Origin: a virus | Strand: one strand, 5' to 3' | DNA: 64,000 nt | IMG/VR virus record: IMGVR_UViG_3300050821_008162 | Location: 5,430 to 69,429 of that record | Shown: positions 17,488 to 27,300 of the stretch, piece by piece | Position numbering within the stretch: the first letter of the stretch is position 1 | Layout of the letters: every line of letters begins with the position of its first letter | Notes under the pieces: model-generated | The model's input: only the letters and a program-made list of their open reading frames with translations | Told to the model about the DNA's origin: nothing | Database searches by the model: none | Made by a program: the position numbers and the translations under genes

Positions 17488-17934
17488 TCACCCGCCGATC
17501 GCACGCTTGGCCTCGGAGAGCGAAATCATCCGCCCGTAAAGCGGGCCGGAAAGCCGCGCCGCGATCTGCTGAAGGTGCCAATCCATAGGTGACCGCCAGC
17601 CTTTGATGCGTCGGAGCGTATGGGCGCGCGCCCGCCACCACTCGTATTCCGCGGCGTGCGCGGGGATTTCCTCGTCGAGACGGAACGCGGGATCCGCGAT
17701 GTAGGCGTCCCACCAGCGCCGGACGGCCTTGTCGAGATCCTGGTCCAGTCTCGCCTGGCGCGCGCCGTGCACCGCCTCGTGCGCCATGATGGGCGGCGGG
17801 ATAGTGCCGCCCTTGGGACTGAACACCTTGTCACCCCAGGAAAAATACACCGGGTGTCGGTCGAGGATCTTGCGCACACCGAAGGCGGCGTCGACCTGAT
17901 CTATGTTCGGCGGAAGGGCTTCCACAACACGCAT
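17488..17934 (-). CDS. Small zincin-like metallopeptidase (HExxH)
   Basis: IMAHEAVHGARQ...RLDEEIPAH; SD GGAGG before ATG 17934. Confidence 0.7.
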   Translation of the reverse strand: MRVVEALPPNIDQVDAAFGVRKILDRHPVYFSWGDKVFSPKGGTIPPPIMAHEAVHGARQARLDQDLDKAVRRWWDAYIADPAFRLDEEIPAHAAEYEWWRARAHTLRRIKGWRSPMDWHLQQIAARLSGPLYGRMISLSEAKRAIGG

Positions 17935-17935
17935 C

Positions 17936-18100
17936 TTGACCTCCAGCGAATCGGTGGCACATTCTTCACCGCAGAAGGTGACCTTCGGGTTGCCCGATTT
18001 GGTGCCTTGTCCGCACCAGCGCAAGGAGGAGACCATGAAGTAGCCCGTCCCACGATGGGGTGCCCCACTCACCCCTGGTCCTGACATTGACCCACGTTTT
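17936..18100 (+). ncRNA. Candidate structured small RNA containing an SD-ATG-AAG-TAG minigene
   Basis: TTGACC -35 at 17936; cUUCGg hairpin 17977-17994; hairpin 18000-18018; AAGGAGG 18023-18029, ATG AAG TAG 18035-18043. Confidence 0.35.
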
Positions 18101-18148
18101 TGATGGAGGCGCTCGGAGGACAACCGGGCGCCTCGCTTTTTTGGGCAC

Positions 18149-18186
18149 AAAAAAAGACCCCCGCCGCCCGGGTGGGGCGGCGGGGG
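18149..18186 (-). terminator. Intrinsic terminator ending the late/lysis transcript
   Basis: 12-bp GC stem CCCCCGCCGCCC/GGGCGGCGGGGG followed by TC and T7 on the minus strand. Confidence 0.8.
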
Positions 18187-18200
18187 AATGCTTGGGCGGG

Positions 18201-18371
18201 TCAGGCCGCCAAAGGTGGAGAGGAAGCCGCAGGTTCCTGCTCGGTGCGCGCCGCCAGCGAGGCCCACGAAATCGCCATCGACAGGTGGAGCTTGCTGGCT
18301 GGGTCGGTCGGATTTTGCGCAGCGTGCAGGTGGTGGACCGCAAGTGCGCGGTAACGCTCTAATTTCAGCAT
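18201..18371 (-). CDS. Small helical-hairpin protein (56 aa)
   Basis: SD GGAGAAGG; YRALAVHHLHAA...LHLSMAISWASLAA. Confidence 0.55.
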   Translation of the reverse strand: MLKLERYRALAVHHLHAAQNPTDPASKLHLSMAISWASLAARTEQEPAASSPPLAA

Positions 18372-18498
18372 TGACCTTCTCCCTTGCGCAGGTTTCGAGG
18401 GAGAGATTGGTGGACCCAAGTCGCGTCGGGAGGCTGTACGAAATTGCACACTATGTCCGACATCGGCCATAGCGTGGGATTTCAGGTGTGGAAAAGTC

Positions 18499-18780
18499 TC
18501 AGGGGCGGCGCGCTCGGTCGGTGTGGCGCTCGATCTGCCGCAGGACATCGGTCTCGGTGTCGATCTTGCGATTGTTCTCGTCGGCGAACCGGGCGTGGTC
18601 GGTCCTCTGTTCCTTGAGCATGTTATAGATGCCCTTCAGGAGATCCTGCGTGTCGTCGGTGCGGTGGGGCTTTGCGACGACGCCGCGCCAGATCGCGAGC
18701 GCGCCGGCGACAAAGGTACCGACGACGAGACCCCATTGCAGGACCGGATAGCCGGACAGGGCATCAATGGGGTCGGCCAT
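18499..18780 (-). CDS. Membrane protein, holin/antiholin-like
   Basis: One N-terminal TM helix plus coiled tail; in lysis cassette. Confidence 0.55.
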   Translation of the reverse strand: MADPIDALSGYPVLQWGLVVGTFVAGALAIWRGVVAKPHRTDDTQDLLKGIYNMLKEQRTDHARFADENNRKIDTETDVLRQIERHTDRARRP

Positions 18781-19159
18781 CGGCCATGATCCGGTAGATC
18801 GTCACGAACTCGCCGAGCGCCAAGACCACATAGACCGGCACGTCGATCGTGACGTATCCGAGCGGATAGGACCACATGACTTGCGAGAGGGCCATCTGGA
18901 GCCACAGGAGCGCCCCGACAATGGCGGCCAGCACGCGCATGACGCGCCCCCATACCGGCCAGTTGCCGTTGGCGTAGAGGCTCGCGGCGCGCAAGCACCC
19001 GGACATGAAGAAGATCGCGCACAGCATCAGCGCGGTGAAGCCGCCGTTTGAGACGGCCGACGGGAACAGCGCGATCACCAGCGCCGCCCCGAGCATGGCG
19101 AGCGCGGCCTGCCACTCCGACTGCCGGTTGACGATCGTGAAGGCGGGGGAAAAGCTCAT
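18764..19159 (-). CDS. Four-TM membrane protein, candidate holin
   Basis: Four hydrophobic segments; in lysis cassette. Confidence 0.55.
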   Translation of the reverse strand: MSFSPAFTIVNRQSEWQAALAMLGAALVIALFPSAVSNGGFTALMLCAIFFMSGCLRAASLYANGNWPVWGRVMRVLAAIVGALLWLQMALSQVMWSYPLGYVTIDVPVYVVLALGEFVTIYRIMADGRPH

Positions 19160-19368
19160 GGCTTATCCCAGCAGCCCAGGTCGGCGCCGGCCAGGTTGTG
19201 CACTCGCACCTCGCGCACCGTCTCCGGCGTGTCCTTCGAGGACGAATAGGTGATCTCGCGGAACGCTGCGCATTGTGCCTTTACGGTTGTCGCGGTCGTA
19301 GCGGTCTCCGTCGTGAGGCACCCGCCGAGGGTGAGGCAGGAGGCGGCGCAGAACGCCGCGGCCGCCAT
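19156..19368 (-). CDS. Rz1-like outer-membrane spanin lipoprotein
   Basis: Signal peptide plus lipobox LGGC; ...VRVHN...LGC; overlaps the i-spanin in another frame. Confidence 0.7.
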   Translation of the reverse strand: MAAAAFCAASCLTLGGCLTTETATTATTVKAQCAAFREITYSSSKDTPETVREVRVHNLAGADLGCWDKP

Positions 19369-19699
19369 TGCTTTCGACGGCCGCGGCCGGTGGACCTTGC
19401 GGGACCACCAGAGGAATCGCGGCCTCCGCGTCTCGGCGCGCTTTCTCAGCCCGCTCCACTGCCGCCGCTTCGCGGGCTTCCCAGATGGCTCGCTCATGAC
19501 GAACTCCCTCCATGTAGAGCTTCGGCGCCCCGATGATGAACACGAGATCGAGCACCGCCACGAAGATGGCGAGCTCGCGCGCCTTGGTGAATGGGACGAA
19601 ATAGAACAGCGCGGCGCAGCCGAGCAGGATCAGTCCGGCTATGCCGATCTGGGCCCAGATCGAGTTCCACAGCCACTCGATGATGGCGTGCACGATCAT
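19163..19699 (-). CDS. Rz-like inner-membrane spanin
   Basis: Two N-terminal TMs then coiled coil (ERAIWEAREAAAVERAEKARRDAEAA); follows the endolysin. Confidence 0.65.
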   Translation of the reverse strand: MIVHAIIEWLWNSIWAQIGIAGLILLGCAALFYFVPFTKARELAIFVAVLDLVFIIGAPKLYMEGVRHERAIWEAREAAAVERAEKARRDAEAAIPLVVPQGPPAAAVESNGGRGVLRRLLPHPRRVPHDGDRYDRDNRKGTMRSVPRDHLFVLEGHAGDGARGASAQPGRRRPGLLG

Positions 19700-20649
19700 C
19701 AGGTGTTCTCCTGTGTGTCGTCGTAGGCGAGGTGCGCGACGAGCTTCTGAACGTTGATGCGGCCGGTGATGACCATGTAGAGCGCGCCCGAGCCGAGGCC
19801 GAGGATGGCGAGGAACATGGTGAGGTGGATCGGGTCGTTGATCTTGTCCCAGAAGCCCTCGACCGCGGCCCAGGCGCCGGCGCCGTACTGGAGGACGCCA
19901 CCCCACATGGTGCGCGAGACCTTGAGCCGTCCCTGCTGGCCGGTCTCGGTGTCGTGGGCCTTGGGGGACTGCTGCGGTGGGACGGGCTCCTCCTCCGGCG
20001 CCTGCTCCTGGTCGGGCTCCTGTGAGGCCGGCGCGGTCGGGGGCGCCTCCTCGAAGCGCGCCTCCGGGTCGAGCTCCATCACGGCCCACAGCACCGCCAT
20101 GACGCCGATCTGAGGATCCATCACGGTCGCGTCGTACACATGATCGCGGATGAACTTGCCCCGCTTCTGCACAGAGGTGCCGCCCCACAAATAGGGACTC
20201 GGGATGTTGATCCGAGGACTGCGGTAGGCCCAACCGTTGAACTTCTCGGCCGCGTACGCGACGTACGCGATCGTCCAATGGCTGACCACGCCGAGCGTGT
20301 CGCACACAATATAGGCGTCGTAGCAGCCCTCCTCCCAGGTGCAGTCCGGATTGGGCGGTCGGTTTGCGGTGACGTTCTTCGTGCGGATCGGCTGGCCGTT
20401 GCGATCGCGCATCGCGTCGCCGTTGTGCGCCCACGACTCGAAGGCGCGGCGCTGGCCGGCCTCGCGTAGGATCAGGCATCCCGCGACGGCCCACGGCACG
20501 CGGGTGAGTTTCTCCTGCGCCTTCAGGCGATCCTTGTGGGCTATCACCCAGCGCGCCTCGGCGAGCGCCTCGCTCGCCTTGACGACGTGCATCCCCTGCC
20601 AGAACTTCTCGTATTCCGGCCGGACCCGCTCGAAACTGTACTGTGCCAT
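19699..20649 (-). CDS. Endolysin, lysozyme-family (COG5526-like) with C-terminal TM helices
   Basis: VPW..AG.LILREAG...HNG...EKFNGWAY...PSPYLWGGT...GKFIRDHVYD...DPQIG. Confidence 0.85.
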   Translation of the reverse strand: MAQYSFERVRPEYEKFWQGMHVVKASEALAEARWVIAHKDRLKAQEKLTRVPWAVAGCLILREAGQRRAFESWAHNGDAMRDRNGQPIRTKNVTANRPPNPDCTWEEGCYDAYIVCDTLGVVSHWTIAYVAYAAEKFNGWAYRSPRINIPSPYLWGGTSVQKRGKFIRDHVYDATVMDPQIGVMAVLWAVMELDPEARFEEAPPTAPASQEPDQEQAPEEEPVPPQQSPKAHDTETGQQGRLKVSRTMWGGVLQYGAGAWAAVEGFWDKINDPIHLTMFLAILGLGSGALYMVITGRINVQKLVAHLAYDDTQENT

Positions 20650-20658
20650 GGTCCCCTC

Positions 20659-21042
20659 TCAATCCGTCGGCGGCGGTGCGAAGAAACACCGCCGTGATCC
20701 ATCTGGCCGCTTGCAGCGCCAGAACTCGCCGTCCGGCGATGGCTGCGCCTCGTTGAACGGCACGATCTCGGTGCGATACGCTTGCCCATCCGCGGCGAGC
20801 CGCAGCGTGACGTGATAGCCGTCCGGGCGCGCCTCGACATCCTTGCCCGGGATGACGAAGCAGTCGCCCTCGCCGCAGCACCATTCGCCTGCGGCATTGC
20901 GGTGCCCGCCGCTGCTGATCCACGAGTCGTGCGCGAATGCCTTGCGCACGAGGTAGACGTCGAACGCAACGAGGGAGAGCGCGATCGCGACGGCGGCGCC
21001 GATGGCGAACCGCGCGACACGGCGGAGGCGCGTGCTCATCAC
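20659..21042 (-). CDS. Secreted Cys-rich phage protein
   Basis: Signal/TM, AHDSW, CCGEGDC, SPDGEFWRC...RCFFAPP. Confidence 0.65.
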   Translation of the reverse strand: MMSTRLRRVARFAIGAAVAIALSLVAFDVYLVRKAFAHDSWISSGGHRNAAGEWCCGEGDCFVIPGKDVEARPDGYHVTLRLAADGQAYRTEIVPFNEAQPSPDGEFWRCKRPDGSRRCFFAPPPTD

Positions 21043-21305
21043 GGCAACCGATAGAGGCCGACCAGCAGCGTGGCGGACGTGCCGGTGGCGAACACCTTGT
21101 CGAACTGCCCCTGGAGGGTCGTCCCCACCGGAACCGCCTTGAAGGTCGGCGTCGAGCCGTCGAGCATCCGCACCTTCACGTCGCCGGTGCCCCCGATGTA
21201 GATCGCGCAGAGCGCGGGAGCGATGACGGTGGAATCGCTCGTTACGATCGTGATCGACCCCTCCGGCGGAGAAGTCGGGCGGGGGTCGGCATTTACGACT
21301 GACAT
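21039..21305 (-). CDS. Head-spike base protein, RcGTA Rcc01079-like
   Basis: SDST....CAIYIGGTGDVKVRMLDGSTPTFKAVPVGTTL.....KVFATGTSATLLVGLY. Confidence 0.75.
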   Translation of the reverse strand: MSVVNADPRPTSPPEGSITIVTSDSTVIAPALCAIYIGGTGDVKVRMLDGSTPTFKAVPVGTTLQGQFDKVFATGTSATLLVGLYRLP

Positions 21306-21321
21306 GGGAAGTCCTCCAACG

Positions 21322-21345
21322 AAAAGCGCCGCCCGAAGGCGGCGC
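21322..21345 (-). terminator. Intrinsic terminator after the giant gene
   Basis: GCGCCGCC-TTCG-GGCGGCGC-TTTT. Confidence 0.75.
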
Positions 21346-21377
21346 GAGATTGCGGTGATTCTGGTTTTAAGATTGCC

Positions 21378-24300
21378 CTATTGCAGCCACGGGTGCTTGG
21401 CCTCGAACCGCTTGTGCGCAGCCGCGGCGCGGTCGGCCTGGTCATAGTCCGCCCCTCGGAACACGCGCGCCATCGGCACGCGGGCCGGATTGGCGCTCTG
21501 GCCCTGTGCCCAACTGTGCCCGGTATCGTAAGCCTCCCCGGCGATCCGACGCTGCGCACCGAAAAACTGATCGAACGCCTCGCGGTAGTCCTCCGGGTGC
21601 AGATCGAGCAGTCCTGACTTGTGCCGATTGCCGCCCGAGATGTCGTTGACGAACTCGGCCAGCTTCTTCCAGCCCTCCCCGGTGCGCTCGTAGCCGTTGA
21701 TCGGCTTGAAGCCGGAGTAGGCGTTCGGTCCCTTCTGGAAGAAGAAATCCTCGTGCAGCGGGCGGCCGCGCCAATTCTTGTTCTCGTAGATATGCGCCGG
21801 CGTGCGCAGCGCCTCCGGGGTGAAGTAGTCGTAGAGGTTCCCAGTCTCGCCGAGCGGCGAGAATGCCATCGCCACGGACTTGAGCATCGACTCGGCGTGG
21901 GCCACGATGCCCTCCTTGCCGAGGATCATTCCGATGATGCTGTTGCCGATGTTGAGGGGGAGTGCCCAGTTGTAGGGCATCGGGATCTTGATCGGCTGCA
22001 TCCTGCCCTTCGCGTCGTGGTCGAGAGGGTCCATCAGGATGAAGTTGAGCTCGCGCTCCCATGGCGGAATCTTCTCGAACAGCGGCGTGCCGTCCTTGTC
22101 GTTGCCGCCGACGAGGTAGTTCCACAGGCCGACGGCGATGTTGGCGCCGATGAGGCCAAGGAAAAGGCCGCGCATGATCTTGGAGCGTGCGAGCGCGGCG
22201 CCCATCCGGGTGCCGGTGCGGATCGCGGTGTTGAAGAACGGCATGAACAGGCCGAGGACGTTCGAGAGCAGCCCGCGCAGCTGGTAGTCGATAGTCGCGT
22301 CGCGGGCGCGCAGCGCCGCCTTCTGCGGGGTCATGCCCTGCCGCTTCGCCTGACTGTAGACCGAGAGGCGAAGCGCGTTGTCCCATGCATTGGTGTAGCG
22401 GTCGAGCTTCTCGATCCCGCGGTGCCACCACGCGCGGAATTGCTTATCGGGACGGCCGGAGAGATCGGCGAGCGCCTTGTCGAGGTGCTCACGGAGGAGT
22501 TCGAGGTCACGCGACTGACGGAACGCGATCGTGCCACCCTCGCGTTTCATCTCGCGATATTCGACGTGCAGCGGGTTGGCGGGATCGAAGCCGCCACGCT
22601 CGACCGCCAGGATGGTGCGCACTGCATTGCCGACGATCGGAAGCGCGTCCTTGATGTATTGGCTCGAGGAGAAATCGCCGCTCTCGCGAAGCTCCTGCGC
22701 GTTGAGCAGGCCCTCGATCGGATAGCGGAACGCGAAGTGGCGCAGCATGAACTCCGGGCTATAGTGGGTCCACAGCGCCTTTAGCTTATTGAGCGCCTTC
22801 AGCAGGATCGCCGCATGCCCGAGCCCGTACGGGTTCATGCGCTTGATCGCCATCGCGAGCTTTTTGTCTTTGAACACCATGTAGCGGCTTTCACCGCCGA
22901 TCTTGTAGTGCACCGCCTCGTCGCGATAGCGGTCCGCAAAGTCGGACACCTTCTCCACTAAGCCAGTGTTCGGGTTGACGACCTTCTTCTCCCGGCCCTG
23001 ATTGAAAGTGACGATGTCTCGCGCATCGGCGCCGAGGCTCCGTAGCGCGGCGACCAACGAACGCAGAAAGCGGAGGCGCTCTCCCCGCTCGATGGTGCGG
23101 TAGGCTTGGTCGATCAGGTTGACGAGCGGATTGTCGGCCCTGGAGCGGCGGCCGAACGCCTGCTTGGTCTCGCGGCCGCGCACGTTGAACTGTCCGCCCA
23201 CACCGTAGTCCTCGGGCGCGTCCGGCGGAGGAACCTCCCAGCCGCGCAGCGGCGCGTAGTGCTCGTACATCCTGCGCCAGGCGTCGACGGTCGCGCGGGA
23301 CTCGAGGCCGTAGCGGACCATCTGGTTGAGGATGTGGTTGCGGATGGCCTCGATGCGCGGCTCGAGGTCGCGGAACGCCTGCCCGTTCGGCCCGTTCTCG
23401 TAGCGGTCGATGATCTCGTCCGCTTCCTGCTTCGACATGCCCGAGCCGCCGACGATGGTGTCGTCATCGGGCGCCTGCCGAAACTGATGGTCGGCAGGGT
23501 ACATCTCGCCCATTTTCGCGTTCCGCTCCTCGGCGTGGAGCGCGTAGAGGTACTCGCCCGCCTGATCGAGCGTGATGCCGTTGCCCTTGAGGTAGTCCTT
23601 GAGCGGATCGAGGTGGTCCTTGTTGAACTCGCCCACCTCGTAGCCGACGCGGCCCGGGAACAGGCGCTTGGCCGTGTAGAACTGATGGACGTCCGGAAGG
23701 AGCGAGTTGACCGGCTCGCGGCCGATCCGCTCGCCGCTGTTCGAGCCTTGTGGAATGACGCCGGCCTGGAAGCGCCGCTCGACCTCGTTTTGCAGCATGC
23801 GGACGCGATGCGACAGGTTCGAGACGTGCTCGATGAGCCACGTCGCGGTGTCGCCTTCGAGATACTGGCGGATGCGCTGCGGGACAGTGGGTGGAGGCGT
23901 CGTCCCTGGATCGTGCGGCTCGGCCGCCACGATGGGCTCCTCGGGCATGGCGCGAGCGTAATCCTTTGCCCGCATGCCGGGCCGCTTCGCCGCTGCTTCA
24001 GCTTGCGCGCGCTGGTGAATCTCCTCCAGGCGCGAGCCGAAGCCCTGGTCGGCGCGGCTCTGACGCCCCTTCATGCGGCCCTCGTACGCACTCTGGTACA
24101 CGTCCTCCCAGGTCTGCCAGCCGAGCCCGTGGAGGAAGTTCTTCAGCCGCTCGAGGAGCTTCCTGATCTTCTCGAAGATCCAGCGGATGCCGACGTGCAG
24201 CCCGCTCCCAGCTCCGCTCTCGCCGGTCGCCCGCCGTGCGCTCCAGGTCTGGTAGGCCATCGCCTCGATCTCGAACTGATCTGTCTTGGGTCCGATCTTG

Positions 24301-27300
24301 TCGGCGAGGCGCGGGTTGTTCGCGATCGCGTAGGCGCGCAATTCCGGCCCGTACCGCTTGAGCAGCGCCGCCTCCTGGTCGGTGAGCAGGAGGTCTTGGA
24401 TCGCGTGGAACGTCTCGTGATACGTCGACTCGAGCAGCCAGCGCGCATTGCTCTGATCGAGCGCGAGGCGGATGATGTTGAGCGTGGTGGTGAAGGTGCC
24501 GGAGGCTTGGGCGAAGTCCTTGTCGTGGCCGTAGACCGCGCCCTTGTCGATCAGGATGCGGAAGGGAAACTCGACGCTCGCCTTGCGGCCGATTTGGTGC
24601 TCGATCAGTTGGCGCAGGAATGCCTCGATGCGGCGCAGCTTCTCGACCGCCGCGGGGTGCAGTCGATTTTTCGGGACCGGAACGTACTTGACGCCCTTCG
24701 GCTCCAGCTTGGACTTGGGCTTGTCGAACACCGGGAAGCCGCGCGACATGATGTGGCCGCGCATCTGCGGGGTGATGTCGATCGAATGGACCCCGAACGG
24801 CCCGGCCATCGTCCCGGCCGGCGTGCCGGTGGTCTCCCAACCAGTGGGATTGTTGGGGTCGCCCACGTCGCTGCGCGGGATGACGGACCGCCCCACCTCG
24901 CCGCCGAACGGCTTGACCAGCTTGCGCGCCAGCGACGGCATGATGCGGTCGTAGAACTCGCGCTGGCCCTCGCCGCCGATGGTGAGGTCGACATCTCCGC
25001 GCAGTTTCGTACGGCCATTGATTCTGGTGGCCTCGGTGATGAGTTTTGCCGCGATCTCCTTTCCGACGATCCCCGCGAGTTCGGCTTGGTCGGCCACGTC
25101 TCGCTTAAGGACACTGCGATCATCGTGGTCCAGCGCCTCAAGCTCGTAGACGTGCCGGCCATCCACCGTATCGACCGGCCGGAGACTCACCTCGTTGACG
25201 TAATGCTCTAGGCCGTACCGCTGCGCCTGCGTCTCGCCGGTGTCCCACGTCAGCCGGTCGTAGCCGTGCTCCGCCGCGTACCTCAAGACACGCTTGAGCG
25301 CCAACTCCGGCCAGGTGGTCTTGAACGGCGCGTCGGGGACAGCACGATCGCCTAGGCTTTCAAGCCGGCTGATCTCGGCATTGAGTTCGCCACGTTTCTC
25401 GTGGAGGCTCTCCAAGAGCGGGCCAGGGCGCCGCCCTAGAACGCGCGCGTTGATCTGCGCATTGACTGCATGAAGTTCGGTGTAGAGCCCTTTGATCTTT
25501 TCGCGCGCGTCGGCCAGCACTTTTTCGTCGCGGTATCCCCGCTCCCGCCCCTTCTGGTGCCAGTCGCTTTGGAACTCGGCGACATGCAGCACCTTCTCGC
25601 CGTTCGGCCCGACACGATCATCGAACCGCACATGCGCCAGGACGTTCGGCTCGGACCAGTGGGATTCACGGAAGGCCGGGTCGGGCGGAATATTCAATTC
25701 GTCCGCGCGAGCAAGATCAGCGTTGGACGCTGTGCCGTCGGACTCTCGCTGCATCAACTCTTTGTATTCGGCGTTCGCGGCCTCATGATCTGCCTGCCTT
25801 GGCCGAGGCGGCAGCGTCAGCAGCACCTCGCGGTAGTTCTCGCCGCCGGGGAGCTTGTACTGGCCGAACTTGGTGCCTGCCCCGCCTTCTTCCTGCCCCA
25901 GCGTGCCCTGTAACGAGTGCGCCGCGCTGTCGAAACTGTGCCAAGTGGACGTGGCGTGGCCGTCGACCACCGGCTCGTAACCAGCGACCTCGCCATTCTC
26001 GTCGTGCAAAATGGAAATGTAGGTGTCGTCAGGCAGTGACGGATGCTTCATCACCGTGAGGGTGGTGCCGTCGCCCTGGTCGACCGTATCGCCCATGCTC
26101 CATTCATCGATGTCGGTCGGCAGTGTGGAGTTGGCGCCCTCGCCGCCCTTCGTGATCTCCTTGATCTCGATGCTGTTGGCGCGGACGTAGTCGAGCATCT
26201 CCTGCTTGGTGATCGGCTTGTCGTGCGAGGCGATCCACTGCGGCAGGCCGAGCCAGTCCATCTCCTCGACCTTAATTCCCGGCCGGTTTCGTAACGTGGC
26301 GATCCATTGCTGCGGAGATGCGACCTTGGTTTTCTCGCCCGCGATGACGCGCTCGACCTGGGAGTAGAGGCCGGGTGGGAGCGCCTGCCTGGGCGGCGGC
26401 TCGTTCTCCCAGTCCGGCATCGCGACGGTGGTGCCCTGCGGCGCGCTCTTGCCCTCGGCCGCCTTGGTGCGCGCGTCGAGCTCGTTGATGATCTCCCTCA
26501 GGCGGTCGCGCTTCTTCTTCAGTTCCTCGGCCTGCGCGAACGGCTTCTTCTTGTCCTCCTTCAGGCCGGGGAGATCGCGCTTCGCCTCTTCGACCTTCCA
26601 GGCCATCCACGAGCCGTCGTTCTTGACCTTCTCGTTGACGTCGCCGACGAGGTGATCAAGCGCGGCGCGCGCGCCGGCGGGGGAGAAATCGCCCTTCTCG
26701 TCGCGCTCGTGGTTACCCTGCGCGACGTCCTTGCCGTCCTTCTTCAGGATCAGCGAGAGCGTCTCGCCGCCCTTGGTGTGTGCCTCTTGGTCGACGTAGA
26801 GGTGCAGATCGTAGCCGATCAAGCTGCCGATCTTTTCCTCGTCGTATTTCTTCATCTCGCTATCGAGACGTCCGCGGATTTTGTTTGCCTTCTCGGCGAT
26901 CGCCTTGGATGCCTCGGCGCGGGTGATGACCGTCTTGCCGTCGATGGTCGCCTCGAACGGACGCTCCCAGTCGCCGAGCGATGCCTTGAGCGCGTCCTCG
27001 ATCGCGGACTTCGAGGTCAGCCGCTTGCCGTTCACGTTGACGGTGAACTTCGCGTTCTCGTCGCCGGCCTGCTGCTCGGAGATCGAGTTGCGCCACGCCT
27101 GCTCAGCCGAGATGCTCGGCGGGTACTCCTGGCCGTCGATGGTGACGCGGCGCGCGTCGACCTTGGCCTTCATGGCGGCGACGCCGGCGTCCAATTCGCG
27201 GGAGACCTGCTGCACCTCTTTGATGCGCCGCGGGTAGTCCTTGATGACCTCTTCGGCGTTGTGGATACGATCATCGAGGCCGAAGTGCTGGCGGCGGTAG

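Noticed and set aside
19163-20923. 586-aa ORF across the lysis region
   Set aside because: Only the last 178 codons (from ATG 19699) look like a real gene; the rest overlaps the endolysin out of frame
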